From the NCBI GenBank assembly GCA_031835245.2, contig JAVKOQ020000005.1, positions 310,001 through 374,000 on the forward strand: DNA of 64,000 bases, in the 5' to 3' direction. Under the pieces are notes generated by a model that was not told the origin of the DNA, ran no database searches, and saw only the letters and a program-made list of their open reading frames with translations. The DNA is from Balamuthia mandrillaris (taxonomy: Eukaryota). Made by a program: the position numbers and the translations under genes. This document shows, one piece after another, positions 13,010 to 26,705 of the stretch; the stretch's first letter is position 1, and every line of letters starts with the position of its first letter.

Positions 13010-14303
13010 TTACGACGTTGTCTCGTTGTGGTGAATCTGTCTGGTGGTGGTAGCCATGCTTATGATTGAGTTGAGGCTGTTTTGTAGGAAGAGGTTAGCT
13101 TCTATGAGCAACATTTCCTCCTCCTCCTCTAACAATGCATCCAGAGTTCCAGCAGTGGGTTCCTCCCCTTCAACGGAAGCTTCATCCAAGGAAGGAGATG
13201 AAGCGGCAGCAGCAGAAGAAGAAGGAGGACTGCTGGTCTCTTTGTTGTGATGCTGATGTTGTGGCTTGCGAATCCTGATGGCGCCCCCTCTGTCATCCGT
13301 GGTGGGGAGGCTCTCCACGTGGCTGCCTCCGCTCTTCCGCGTGGTCGTGATGAGAGAGATAGCACTGCCAGAGCCTGCTCCTCCGCCGCTAATTCGTTTC
13401 TTGGCTTCTTTGGCCTTCTTGCTAGTGTTTGTACAGATCTCGATCAAGGCGCCGCCACTCCGCCGCTGTTTGGTTGCCTTGCTACTGGTGGCAGCAGCAG
13501 CAGCAGCAGCAGTCACAGAAGCAGAGGAGGAGGCATCCTGACTAGGAGGCCGACGCCGTCGGCTTTTGTACTCCAGAAAGCAATGCAGCTTGGCAAGCAG
13601 CACGCACTCCTCCTCGCTCAACTTCATCTCTCTGTACATGGCTATAAGGCTCTGCATTCTCTCACTGTCGAGAGAGGGAAGCGAAAAGTGCTGTTTCTTC
13701 CGGCCTTTGACAGCGGCGATGTTGTCTAGTCGTTGGTTTAGCTTCGCCATCTGAGCGCGTTTCTTTTCCTCCAGTTCGTTTTGTTGTTGTCGAAATGCCT
13801 CTGCTGCTTCCTCCACTTGAAGCAAAGGAGGCGGTGGCGGTGGTGGAGGCGGTTGTGGATTATCTTCCCGCTCCTTCTCGCTGAGAAAGAGCATTGAGTA
13901 ATGATCCAGCAGCTCTTTTGTTACCGAGAGCATATATGGTGCGTCTTTCATACTACATTCGATAAGGGAAATATCGTTAGGACAAGTAAGACCATTACAT
14001 TACATCGTTACTGTAGGCCAACGGACCTTTGCAATATGTTATCGTTTCGTGGGCGGAAGAGGTTTGGCGTCCATACTATAGCAAGATTCTTTATGGTCAT
14101 GTCGTTGATGCTGCTGTGGTGGCTGACAGTAAGGCACATAGCCATTATACGCTTCAGCACACACAGATTTGGGTATGGCATCCTCTGCAGTAGTGATTTC
14201 AGAGCCTGTAATGTCTCTTCTGACGTTTCCGACTCGTCCGACAAGTTAACTACATTTATTATTGTATGGTGGTTAGCATTTGTTGTTGATCTCAAATCGA
14301 GTT

Positions 14304-14334
<31 letters not shown>

Positions 14335-16188
14335 GAGAGGGAATGCGATATTAACAGAGAAGGTCGAAAGACTTACTTTGACTTCGCTTAAATTCGTCGT
14401 ATAGATCATAAGTCATAAGTGGTTCCGGCAGTTCTCGTATGTACAAGGTGAGCACGCCGGCAATACAGTGCGGGTCGTATTTGCCAAGATCAACATCCGC
14501 ACCGTGCTTCTCAAATGCTGCTTTCAATGTACGTACTCGCTCCGCGCTTCCCGACATTCGGAACAGTCCATGCGTTGTCGGTGCTATGCAACTTCACATT
14601 AGTTTCGCCGGAATGAGAGAGAAAGAAAATTAAGGAGATGGAGAGGAAAACATACCACGAGCCTCAAGATAAGCTGTGGTTTTCTCGATAATAACGGGCA
14701 TCCCAATATCTGTCCGACCCTCCTTCACCACAAGTTCCTCCAAGCGTACGCCAAACATAGGTATCCGTTGTTTGTAAACCTTATTCTTGACGCTGGCAAC
14801 CGTTTTCATGATAGAGGAGGTGCTAGTGCCATGAAAGGATTTGCGTTTCTCCTTTTTCTTTGAAGGAGAAGAGTCAGCATTGCGAAGGAGTTTTGCGCCC
14901 GAGGAAAAGGAGCTGGGTAAGGAACTGCCGCCATCACCGGCCATGAGGAAAGGTTTTGCAGTAACAGAAGAACTTGATGGCGTGGAAGGAGATGAAATAA
15001 AACACGAAGAAGGTGTCGGAGAGACTAATGAAGCAGATGAAGAAGCAAGAGAAGAGGGAGGGGAGCCGTTTAGATGGTTCGAGGAGGGAGAATGGATAAC
15101 CGAGGAGGAATGTTCTGACAGGCTGGCGTCAGACGCCGTAGCAACAGCAGGACTATCCTGCAAGACAGCTATTGAAGTTGTGGAAGGAGGCGATGCGTCG
15201 GCAGAGAAGCGTTTCAACGAGAAAATCCACCGCTCTGCTTCGCTCCTAGATTCCGCTCGTAGGTGAAAGTGCCTACCTGAGAGCGTCGTTAATACAAAGC
15301 CTAAGCCTTGGCCGGCTGCTTGGCTATCCGCATCTTCAATCCCTATGTTGCATCCAGTGAGGACAATCTCTCCCTGCGCCCTTGGCTATCAAGTTGGCCA
15401 GTTAGTTTCAGAAGAGCAAGAGCGAGAGAGAGGGAGAGAGAGAGAGAGAGAGGGAGAGAGAATGAGAAGGAAGAAAGACAACAAGGGAGCGAGTAGCATA
15501 CACTGGCGTTAGTAAGTTGAGGAGGGTGAAGATAGTAATGCAAAACTGGCCCTTTCTTGCCATAGTGCTCCAACAATAGGAACCAGCGGCGTTTCCAGCT
15601 TTTCACAACCTTGGCTTTTTTATACAACCATCCACTGCAACAGCCTCCGCCGCCAGAATGGAGGTTTGGAGAAGGAGGACCTGTGGCAGGGGTAGTGCTG
15701 GAAGCAGAAGGAAGAGAGGCCAAAGAAACAAGGGTGCCACGGGTGGGCACACCAGAGGCGCTCCGGCTCACTCCGTTCCTGCAGGAGGACTCTGCCGTTC
15801 CTTTGCCGGACTTGCCGCTGTCTTGTTCATCGTGGTTCGTGCGTGTGGAGAGGTCAGGGGCGGAGGTGAAGGAAGGAGAGGCGGAAGTATTGGAACGAGA
15901 GTGGGAGCGAGAACGAGAAATGGCGCTTGCTGGTAGAGGAGCCAATGGAGGCTTACCACTACCATTGTCGTTGCAGTGACTGCCGGTAGCAGCCTTCAGA
16001 GGAGAAAGAGGAGGCAAGGTGCGAGGGCTTGGAGCTGGCAGTTGCGCCGTGGGGGGAGGCAGAGGGAGCAGCGCCGGAGGGGACTGAGGTTGTTGCTGCC
16101 CTTCCTCCTCCGTCACGGGAGGCGGAGGAGGAGAGGACAACGTTTCAAGGGCAGAGGAGGAGGAGGCCTCCACGCCGTCTCCCAACAT
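13010..16188 (-). CDS. PH-domain plus RhoGAP-domain protein
   Basis: PH: SGWLYKKAKVVKSWKRRWFLL; RhoGAP: MFGVRLEEL..GLFRMSG (Arg finger)..DPHCIAGVLTLYIRELPEPL..MTIKNLAIVWTPNLF. Confidence 0.9.
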
Positions 16189-16541
16189 GTTTGTTTCTGT
16201 GGTTGCCTATCGTGCTACTACCACTACCAATGCCCCTTTGCAAGGGGTCCGCCCAAGGGAGGTGTAACTGCCCCGTTGACCTTGGAAATTTTTGGCGTGG
16301 GTGGTCGGTTGGTCGGTTGGTTGGTTGGGTGGTCTGTCCCCAAGCAAATGTATATTTGAAGCCGAAGGACCGACGACAGTCTCAATAACGGGGGGGTATC
16401 TAGCAGGCCTGCCGGAGGGGCCGTTTGTTTGTTTCCCTTTCGGGCATTATGGATGATTGTCGGGTAATTAAATTTGGTCAAACCTAATAGTCTAATAATG
16501 AACCCTAATATGTACGGCCATGTGTCGTCAAAATATGTCTC

Positions 16542-19500
16542 ATGACGACCTTACAAAATTTAACTTACCGAATGGGAGTTTCAACTGAACAGTTTGCGAG
16601 GATGAGTGAAGGAGACGCGGCAGCTCTACATGACCTGGTTGCGGCGGCGAAGGAAGGTCTCGCGTTGGAGGGCACCGACGAACAGGGCATCAAGCAAACG
16701 CTGAGCAAGGTGGTGAGGACGCTTGGCCTCTCGCAAAGCAAGGGCAGGGAGGGAGCCTCTTCTTCTTCGCCTCCTCCATACCGTCGTCCCCTCCTGCTTC
16801 AGGCCTTTGTGGAAGGCTCCTACTACACCTCTTTGGCGGAGGTGCTGCTTCGTGACACGCTGCCCAATTGGGTGGCATGCTTCACGGAAGAGGAAAGAGG
16901 GCGCTTGTTTGACGTGTTCTTCCTGTCGGAGGAGATACCCTCTTTCACGTCCTTTCTCACGCTTGCCTCTGCTCTCGCTCGTTCTGCCGCCACCGCATCT
17001 TCTGCTTCTGCTTCATCCTCAGCGGCACAGGGCAATACGGCACCCGCGTTTGTGCGTGGCTACCTCGTTCATTTGTTGGAGGCCTTCTTTGTGAGGAGAC
17101 AGCGATGGCAACAGCTGGCAGCTTCCTTTCTGCAACCTTCTTCCAGGTATTTATGCACGCTTCCTCCCCTGTGGTTCCTTTTGTTGTGCGCTAAGATATA
17201 ATGTGCGCCGCCGCAGGATAGGTTCGGCCACGTCGAAAGACATGTGGGGAGAGGCAGTGAACGTGGCTTGCTCCATACCCGCTCGCGTGGCCAACGCCTT
17301 GATGGCAGATGTTGTCGATAGCGGTCGCAGAGATGATGCAGCAACATCGCTTCTTCTTCGGCAAGAGCGGTTCTTTGAGGAGCAATTGTTTCCACAAACA
17401 CTAGAAGCCTTGTCGCTACTTCATACCGAGCAACACAAACAGCAACGGCAGGCAGATGTCCGCCTCCGAGAAGGGGCAGCCATGTTAGCACAGATGGTGG
17501 CCAAGGTGGTGGTGCTGGGACAGGCCAAATCCATGATGGCGGTGCTCCTTCCGTTCATGCTGCAGAGGATAGAGCGCCAGATGCAATGGCGGCTGTTCTT
17601 TTGGCGAGTGATAAGCATGCTGCCGCTCAACACAATAGAGCCCTTTCTGTTCGCTTTGCTTGAGCAATTGCAGCTGAGTACGAGCACGAGCACGAGCACG
17701 AACCTCTCTACGAATGGCTCGTACAGCGTTCAGCACCTCTTTTCATCACACTCAACTGGTGCAGACGGACGCAAGTGTAATGGGGAGGGAGAGGATAAAG
17801 GTGAGCATGAAGAAAAGAATAAGCGAATACAGCATGGCGGTCCCTCTGTACAATGCAATCTATCAACACCACTTCGGTTTCTGTTGGACCTGCTGGCCAT
17901 CTTCTTTGTAGATGCAGCTCCTACTTCGCTGCCTACGACACAAGCTGAGATACTGCAGAGCATCACCCTTTCCAGCCGAGAGCATATTCGTTTTGTTCTT
18001 ACTCACAAATTTGTTGTGCGGCGAACGACTCGACTTCCCGTATTGCGGCTGTTGGTGGAGTTGCTGGCTGCTATCTCTGCCATGTTCCCGGTTACTGAGC
18101 ACAAAGAAGTTGACTCGCAACAACCTCAGCAGGACTACCAAAGCGCTAGGGAGGTGCTCCTGAGAACCGCCCGTGAAGCTGCTGCCATTTGGAAGGAAGC
18201 AAGCTTTGTGCGACACTCTGCGTTAGCGCAGCACCGTTACATCTCCAAGTTTCTCCTGTTGAGCCTTCAGCACCTTGACAAAGATCAACTAGAAAGTACT
18301 TTTCGCCTTACGGCCAAAGCACCTTCTTCCTTGCGGCACCAAAAAGGCAAAGAGAAGGTAGAGCAGGAACAGGAGGAGATTGACGGAGAGGCAATAAGAG
18401 ATAAGGGCGAAGATTGGCACGAAGCAGCTGAGGAGAGCCTACTAACAAGCTTGATCAAAGGTGTCACAACGCATATCCAGTGTCCTGTCCTCGAAAAACG
18501 GATTTTGGGAATGAAAATTGGAGAAGCGTTCTCTCGCGTTTTGGACCCCACCAACCCGTTACAGTTTGAGGATGAGGCTCTTCAGAATCATGAACCAATC
18601 TTTGGTGAATGGGAAGACCAACAGCTGACAGAAGAATCCAACAACTCACGAATGGTCACAAAAGAAAACGATAGCATGGCACCTCCCACGGAAACGCCTC
18701 TCTCTACGAAACACGACAATCTAAGCAGCGCCCCTCCCAAGTCAAAGAAAAAGCACAAGCAACGAACCGAAAACCAGCTTACGATGGACCCCGACGCGCT
18801 TTTTCTTCCCTTAGGAAATAGTGAGAGTGACGATGAGGAAGGAAGCGAGTTTGGAGAAAGAGAAGAACAAGGCTCAAACATGGACTCTGACAGCGAGAGC
18901 GATTTGGAGGCATTTGACCTAGAGGACGAAGAATCGGATTTGCGGAAGGTGAGCAAACCCAAGTACCTGCGAGAGTGCCTGAGCTACCTACGGGCATCAA
19001 GCAATGACAGCCATATAGTGGATAAGATCGAGTTGGGGCTGCAGAGTCTTGAACCCCTTATACGTTCCGATTATTTGAATGACGTGGAAGAGCTGGCCCT
19101 TCCTCTGATGCGCACCCTTCTGCATCTACACAACGAGTATAGCCTGCCTGACTTTTCTCGCTGGAGACTAGCAGCCATGACGGCTTTGGTGGTCAAGTGC
19201 GCGCACAGCTGCGTGCCTTATCTCACCACTCAGTTTTACGCTGCCAACTATTCATTGTCGCAGAGGATGGATGTACTGCTGGTCCTGAGCGAGGCTGCTA
19301 GAGAGTTATCTGGCTGCTCTAATGATGAACCTCAGCAACGACAAGAGCAACAACTGAAGGGAAGTGCACCCCAGAAGCAGCTGCAGTCTAGATACTCCCA
19401 CAAAGAGAAGGAGGAACGATCACTCAACTTGTTGGAAGCTTCCAAACAACAGCAACATCTGATGAGCGGGGATAGAACAAGCAAGCGGACAACCCTCAGC

Positions 19501-20543
19501 CCCCTGTTGGTGGCCGGTGAGACCACTGATGATCCTCTCCTTTCGAGAAGCGCCAAGCAAAGCGTGTGGGATATAGGCGATGATGCATTGTCTTACGAAC
19601 AGTTCCTCCAAACGTTTAACTTAGCAGATCGTAATCTGCAAAAAGGTGAATTAATCCTTCTTTTTGTTCAAGATAGTTGAGCTGGTTTTTGCTTACCTGC
19701 ATTGCAGCTCCTTCAAATGGCGAACCAAAGCAATTGGGGGCTGCCTCCTCACAACTAGAATCCTCTGCTGCCCTTAAAAGCGAGCCAAAAACGCGGATAT
19801 GGAGCAGCAAACTCAAACAAAGATTGGAAAGTGATAGAGAGAATGAAAGTCTGAACAGCACTGTACATAAGCAACAGAATGCAAAAACATCGCAAACACA
19901 AAAGGATAGTGATAAAGAGAACCGCTTCGTCCCTGTGCACGCTTTATTCGTCTATCCTTTACTCCGCCAATACGATGCGCAGACCAATACGTTCAGCATG
20001 CTGGGCGAAGATTCAATGGTTCTCAGCAAGCTAATTCACGTGGTTGGCCTATTCATGGAGTGCCTCGGGCCTTTTTCACTGCCACCATTACAACTGTATG
20101 CTCTCCTCAAAGCCGCTATGGACTTTGTGTGGGCGTTGCGATACCACACCGAGGCATCCGTTCGTCGAGCTTTGCTGTGGACGCTTTCTAGGATACTTTC
20201 CCTTATTCTGGATAATGCTGTACTATCTCCAGGTGGCGGACGATCTTCACCCTCCTTTGGTGGTGGTGCAAGTGGTTCCTCGCTCCTGCTACAGGACGTA
20301 AATCGCCTGCTGGACGTCTCTGATCCCTCTCTGCCCATCTCTCTGTTTGATATGGGGTTGGGACAGCAGCAAAGCAGCGGCAGCAGAGGTGGACATTTGG
20401 TGGAGCAGTTCTTTGAAGAGTTGGCCGAGATAAGGACTTACGCGCTGGACGTTGCCCAGAACGACGCTGACGAACTATGCAGGGGTCTTGCTGCACTATG
20501 TCTTCAAACTCTGAAAAAAATGGCTCAACTCTATGCCCCCTGA
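16542..20543 (+). CDS. TELO2: Telomere length regulation protein Tel2 (TTT complex); introns about 17147-17217 and 19646-19707
   Basis: Helical-repeat protein with R..GMKIGEAFS, acidic SDSESDLEAFDLEDEESD followed by PKYLRECL, YLTTQFYAANYSLSQRMDVL, NRFVPVHALFVYPLL, LRYHTEASVRRA. Confidence 0.85.
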
Positions 20544-20647
20544 GAGAATTGGCTACCGAAGCCAGCCTCTTAACGAAGAGACAAAATTCAAAGACTATTG
20601 CAACCAAGCTGCTCTACGCTCTCTTTATAAACTAAGACAAGGGTTCG

Positions 20648-21006
20648 TTACAGAGATGAGTCAGCATTGAAATCAACTTGCACCATACCTAGTTGCTCTT
20701 TCTTCTCCCTCCGCGTCCGCATCCTCATCAGCACAAAAACCGCAACACCAACCACCACGATGACCAACGCTGTAAGCACAAGGCTCACTGGAACCAATAT
20801 TTTGACAAGCTCCTGACTGTCCTCGTCCTTTCCTTCCATCTCCTCGCCATCTCCGTTGTCACCATCACTTCCATCCGTTACCCCGTCTTGCCCATCTTCA
20901 TCGCCATCGCCATCGCCATCGCTCGATCCTGCAGGCATGCGGTTAAGGTTCGTTGTTTTTGTCGTTTGGAATAAAACAAAACACAAAACGAGCAAGAAGA
21001 GAAAGC

Positions 21007-21038
<32 letters not shown>

Positions 21039-22518
21039 TAACAAACCAGTAAGCAGAACACTAAAGTCAGGATCATAGAGAAGCGACTGGAAACTTGGGA
21101 ACGTAAATTGCAGTTCCGTATAAGTCCTATCCAGCTCATAAGTGATGGGCACATAATAGCTATCGTCGAGGAAAGCCTGCTTGAAGAGCTGAATGGTGGT
21201 TGTGATTGCTGAGGACTCCAAAGCCAAGCAAGACATGACGTCTTCCTCCTCTGCCGTGGGAGTGCAAGTGAGATTGCTGCCCACATCGATGGAGGAACGG
21301 AGAATGGGCGGATTGCTGAACAGCTTCATCGCGAAGCGAAGATCGTTGTGCTCGCTCCTGAAGGGCCAGTCTAGGGCAAGTGCTAGAGTGAGCAAAGACG
21401 AACAAGGCAACAGAGAAAGACAAAAAAAAGACCTTGGATGTGAAGGGTCCATTTGGCAACATTGGGAGCAACCGTAAAGTCGACGCCAGCAAACGAGTAA
21501 TCCGTTGCTTTGGAGTGAAAGAGACAACTGAGTTCCACCTATATAATAGGTGCGTACAATGTAATGCATTAAAAAAAGTGGTTTGTTAGCCAACGCTCGG
21601 TAGTTGATAACAAGGATTGGAAGAAGACTTTACCAAAGCACCGTTACCAAGCTTTTGCCAAAAGATCAAATGAAGCGGGTCAGAGGAAGAAACCAAAGCC
21701 CTGTTCCATCCTTCTATCGACAATACTTGCGTGGCGACCACCGATCCATTGACGGCCACCTCTTGCATGTCCCTGAAGCGCAGAAAGAGGTCCTGCACGC
21801 CAAAGTTGGTGGCCCCGAGCTCATCTTTGGGCAGAAGAAAAGCGTGCGGAGAGGAGAGAACAAAACCGAGAACGGTCTTAAGCTCCTCGCTGTCTTCCGA
21901 GAGCTGCTCCAAAGCGGAGGCCGCCGAGTCAGGAAACTCCACCACGAAACTCGCTGCGTATTCGTTGCAAGGGTTTGTTTCGTACACGTAGAAGGGGGTC
22001 GAGTCGAACCCATTTCGCTTTCTGATGTAGAAGAGGCACAAATCTCCTTCCTCTGGGTTGGGCGCCAACTCTATCCCCTCTGGACAATACTCGGCTAGGC
22101 AGCTCCCGTTGGAGGAGAAGGGGGAGTAAGAACCCTTCTCCCCGCGCCAAGACCAAGCAGAACCGTTCCACCGGCCGCCAACGTGAACGTACAAGATGTA
22201 AACGTGGGCAAAGAAGAAGCTGTCCAGAAGCTTCCCGACGACCTCCGCTTCTTCGGCAGACTCGATGGTGGCCAAATGTCCCCTCTTCTCTCCTGTTATC
22301 GGGGATATCATGCGACCAGCCGCCGCGTTGGCGTCCTCCCATGTGGAGTCCACCGGGCCTATGTACAGCTCGTAATGGTGCCCGTTGCCGCCGTCCTCCT
22401 TTCGCCAGGTGAACTGTTGTTGCACCGAAAATTCTTGTTGTGGCGTTGCAGCCATTATGCCAGTAACAAGCCCCAACAACACCACCGCCGTCGGCAGCAG
22501 AAGAGAGGCGGCTTTCAT
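20648..22518 (-). CDS. Type I membrane protein: signal peptide, C-type-lectin-like domain, ComC-like stalk ending YDPDFSVLL, TM helix
   Basis: MKAASLLLPTAVVLLGLV; W..GGNGHHYE..TWEDANAAA..GHLATIESAEE; FPSFQSLLYDPDFSVLL; TM ILVPVSLVLTALVIVVVGVAVFVLM followed by RMRTRR. Confidence 0.75.
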
Positions 22519-22737
22519 CCTTGTTGTGGCTTTTGTTTGAGTGCCCAAAAGAGAGAAGGACAAAAGTGTTTGGGAGCGCGCGAGGCATTTTATCGGCGAA
22601 AGCAACCATTTTAGAGCGCAAAATGTGCCACGAAAAAAAATTGTAAATGAATTGTCTAATTATCGCTATATAATATAGAGCAGCAATAACGAGCTCTAGT
22701 CTATAAAACCTGAGAATAAGAGAGGAAAAAAGTCTTT

Positions 22738-25219
22738 TCACGAAAGAACGGCCGAGTGCCACGCAACGGTAAACTCTTTGAAGGCCTTGAGCCAGAGCTG
22801 TCGAAGGTCTTTGGCCATGGTTTCCTGTTTGGAGGTCTGCTTGTTGTGAAACTCGTTCACGGCACTGATCAAGTTGAGCGAGACACGCAGCAGCTCTTTC
22901 ATCAACTGCAGTATTTGCGTTCGTGTTGTCTCGTTGGCGATGAATTGTGTAGCCTCTCTGGTTTGCTTTACAAGACTGGACACCGTTTGTCGAAACGCAT
23001 CCACGTCAAATCTTTTTAGTTTGAAGCCAATACATGGCAAGAGAAATGAGGGAGAGAGGAGGAGGAAAAGTTAGAAGAAAAGAAGGAACCAGAAAGAAAT
23101 GAGAAAGAAGGTACGTTGGACTATCGGAGAGGGCGTTGAGGGAGAGGTTCGCGTTTTTGCAGAGGTTAAGGGATTGGAAGAGCAGAGAGTGAACGGATCT
23201 TCCACATTCTGCCAAATCGTTTTTCAAGGATTGGGAAGGCCCTGCTATATCTCTTCCATCTTTATCACTAGGACCTGGTTGTTGTTGCTGTTGTGGCTGC
23301 ACTACCACTAGTCGCGAGGCATATCCTACGCTATGAGGGCGTTGTCGCCTACCAGATGTTGGAGGAGAGCTTTCAGTAGGTGAGGAAGGTTGTTGTTGCT
23401 GTGGAGCTGGTGAAGGCGATTCAGGGGGAGTGGTTTTGGTGGGATCTTCAAAGGTGACGGAGCGAGGGCGTTGACGGGGCGACCCTTCTTCTGCCTTAAT
23501 CCGCATGAGCGGTGATACTGCCCCTCCTCCTGCCGCAGAAGAGGATACACGAACAGGCGACCGCGTCGCCTGTTGTTGCTGTCGATCCGATAATGATCCA
23601 CTAGTGCTACTAGTGGTAGGTGTTGTAGGAGAAGTTGGGGAGGAGCGGGTCAATGATTTAGCGTTGGCGGAGAGAGAGAGGCGTTCCATCTGAACGCTTT
23701 GTCTGTAGTTATGGCGAGGGATAAGAGGGGAGAGGATGGGAGAAGCACAGGGAGACGTTTCGGAGGGGGAAGGAGAAGAGTCGGAGAGGAATTGCAGCAG
23801 CTCTGGTGCGGAGGAAGTGCTGCCTGGCGTTGCCTTAAGCCGCTGCAAGTCCACCAACGGCTCGAAGGAGGTCAAAGATCCAGGGGCCGAGTTTTTGCCT
23901 ACTTTCAGGGCATGCAGATGAGAGCCAGAGTACCGACGAGGACGGCTCGTTTTTCTTTTGGGAGCAGCCTCTCCGCGCGGATTATCAGCGGTAGTGCTGG
24001 TGGAGGTCGTTGCAGACGAAAGAAGAGAAGAAGAGGAAGAGCTATCCAACGATGGCCGCCGGGAAGAAGCCCGGTCGGCAGTAGCCAAAACAAGCGGGCC
24101 ATCGATCAGAGCAGCTTCCGGATGAACTGCCATCAACAAGTCGTTCAACACAGCCACAAGCTTACGACGACAACCTCTAAGTCTCGTGTAGGCTCGACTG
24201 CTGGCCGAAGACATGGTTCCCTCTTCCAGCAGCTCTTCTTCTTCAACACCACTTGTGGTGTTGTTTGTAGAAGAAGAGTTCGTCTTTAACTTGAGAACGG
24301 TGTCAATGGCAGAGCATAGCCTCTTGTAGGCAGCAGAAAGGTTCTGGCACTCCAGAACGATGCCCTCGTACTGCTCCTTCTCTTCTACGCGATGAACCAC
24401 TTGGAGGGCTTCTCTGGCCTCCAGTATTATCTTGCGTATGGCTTCCATCATTTCCGTCTGCAACTTCCCATACCTTTCCTTCAACAACAATGCGTTCGTT
24501 CGAGGACTCGTTTTAGAAGAAGAAGAAGCAGAGGCAGAGGAGGAGGGAGCAGAAGCAGACCAAGGCGTTGAGGCGGCCGTTGTGCTTTCAACAGGAATGG
24601 GAGAGGGCTCTGCTTCTTGCTTGCGCACAACAGAGGGAGAAGCCTTGAGGACCAGGGAAGAGTCCAGCTTCTTGCTCTTGCGGCGTTCCTTGCGTTCCTC
24701 CTTCTTTCTCTGCTTCTCCAGCTTTTTCCGCTCTTTCTTTTCTTTGCGTTCGCTTTCCTTGAGGCTCTTTCGCATCGCCCGTTCCTTTTTCTTCTTTTCT
24801 TTTGGGTCGTCCTCCCATGCGGTTGTTGCCGAGGTTATTATCGTCAGGTAAGGCGAAGGAGCAGGAGGGGCAGGAGTGGGGGCAACGGGAGGCAGGTCGG
24901 AAGGAGGGCAAGCCTCTTTCGTTCCCCCCTTCTCGTTTTCTCTTTCTTCTGCTGCCTGCTCTTCTTCAGGCTCCTCCGTGGTGACCTGCTCCAAGCAACG
25001 GAGCAGCGTGTGCGCCCATTCGCCTCTCACCTGGTCGTAGACCTGCTGCAGGATGAGCTCTCTGAGCTTCCTGTCCCCGTCCTCCTCCTCCTCCTCCTCC
25101 TCCTGCTGCAGCTTGGCCACCCTCTGCAAGGCCCTTTGGTTGCCCCTGCTCAGCCGCTTGTTGCCGAGGTCCGAGAGTAGGTCCGTCAGGCAGGACGTGT
25201 CCACCCGCAGCTCGCTCAT
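22738..25219 (-). CDS. Uncharacterised Ser/Pro-rich protein with helical-bundle segments; intron about 23030-23110
   Basis: 737-aa ORF plus a C-terminal exon (FDVDAFRQTVSSLVKQTREATQF..); no family recognised. Confidence 0.65.
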
Positions 25220-25678
25220 GGTGTATGTATGTATGTATGGTGGCAGTGGTGGTGGTGGTGGTGGCGGCGGCGGCGATTAAGGTAGGGCCAAAGTGTGTAA
25301 GAGACGCGCCTGCGGCGGGGAAAAAAAATAAATAAAGACTACTTTTAAAGTATAAAACAAAAAAGCCAGCCGTGTGTGCCGGGAGGATTCCCTTTGCCCT
25401 TGCCCGCAGCAGCAGCAAAGAGGAGCACAAGCGCACCAAACAACGCCCCTCCCCTGCATAATTACCATTTTTCAAATTATTTAATTAATCGATGCGAAAT
25501 TTCTAGGCAGCATCGCAAGAGGAGTCTTTCCGACACCCCTCAATCGCAGGCTCTTTTGCTGAACAGCAGGAGAAGGACACGTCACTTGGCTCCTCCCTTT
25601 TCTTCTCTGCCAAACTACTCAGTTCTGAACAAAAAAGACCCTCACTCCACGCTACTCGTTCGCTCGCCCACCTACACG

Positions 25679-26599
25679 ATGCAAGCTTCCGCCAGTAACA
25701 CCAGCAACATCACCGTGAAGGAGGAGGGAGAGGCCAACACCACCTCCTACCGCATGTTCTTTGAGAGGGATGGCACCCGCATCTCCCCCTTCCACGACAT
25801 CCCCCTCTACGCCGATGAGGAGAAGCAGATCTTCAACATGGTGGTGGAGATCCCCCGCAACACTCGCGCCAAGATGGAGATCAGCAAGGAGGAGGCGTGG
25901 AACCCCATCAAGCAGGACGTGAAGAACGGAAAGCTCAGGGAGGTCACCTACGGTGACGGCTACATGTGGAACTACGGTGCCTTCCCCCAGACCTGGGAGG
26001 ACGCCAACTATAAGCACCCTGACACTGACGCCTTGGGTGACAAGGATCCTCTTGATGTGTGTGAGATTGGCAGCGCTGTGGCTACCAGGGGTCAAATCAA
26101 GCAAGTCAAAGTCTTGGGTATTTTTCCTCTTTCTTCTGCAACTCATTGAAAAGTATTGCTCACTCTTTATTTTTCTCCTCTTCCTTCTCGCTCTCTCTTT
26201 CTCTCTCTCTCTCTCCTCTCTTTCACACTCTTCTTCTCTCAACTCTTTCTCTGTCACTCACCAGGTGTGATGGCTTTGATTGACGAAGGAGAGACCGACT
26301 GGAAGATCATCGCCATCGACGTGAACGACGAGCTGGCCGACAAGCTCAACGACATAGAGGACATTGAGAGGGAGCTGCCCTCCCTCTTGCACGACACCTA
26401 CGTCTGGTTCAGGGACTACAAGAAGCCTGACGGCAAGCCCGAGAACAGCTTCGCCTTTGAGGGCAAGGCCAAGAACAGGGAGTACGCCCTTCACATCATC
26501 AAGGAGAACAGCGAGTTCTGGCAGAACCTCATCTCTGGAAAGACCCCCAACCACACCGACAAGTACTCCATTGCTTGCGATAACGTCCTTCCCAAGTAA
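25679..26599 (+). CDS. PPA1: Soluble inorganic pyrophosphatase (family I), 2 exons
   Basis: [64 protein letters not shown]; strongly C/G-ending codons. Confidence 0.96.
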
Positions 26600-26705
26600 A
26601 AAACAAAAAAGCATGGCTGCAGTATGCAGCGTGCTTCCTCTTTAAACAAAAAAAAAAAAACTTGGCAAAAGATAGTGCTCATGCTGGCTGTAGTGGTTAG
26701 GTGGT

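Noticed and set aside
25376..25678. N-terminal extension of the pyrophosphatase ORF
   Set aside because: Starts at a non-ATG codon and runs through AT-rich promoter sequence; the ATG at 25679 fits the family
25652..26614. Long antisense ORFs opposite the pyrophosphatase (likewise opposite RPL18A, RPS11 and the 33315 gene)
   Set aside because: Shadow ORFs caused by GC3-biased codon usage of the sense genes
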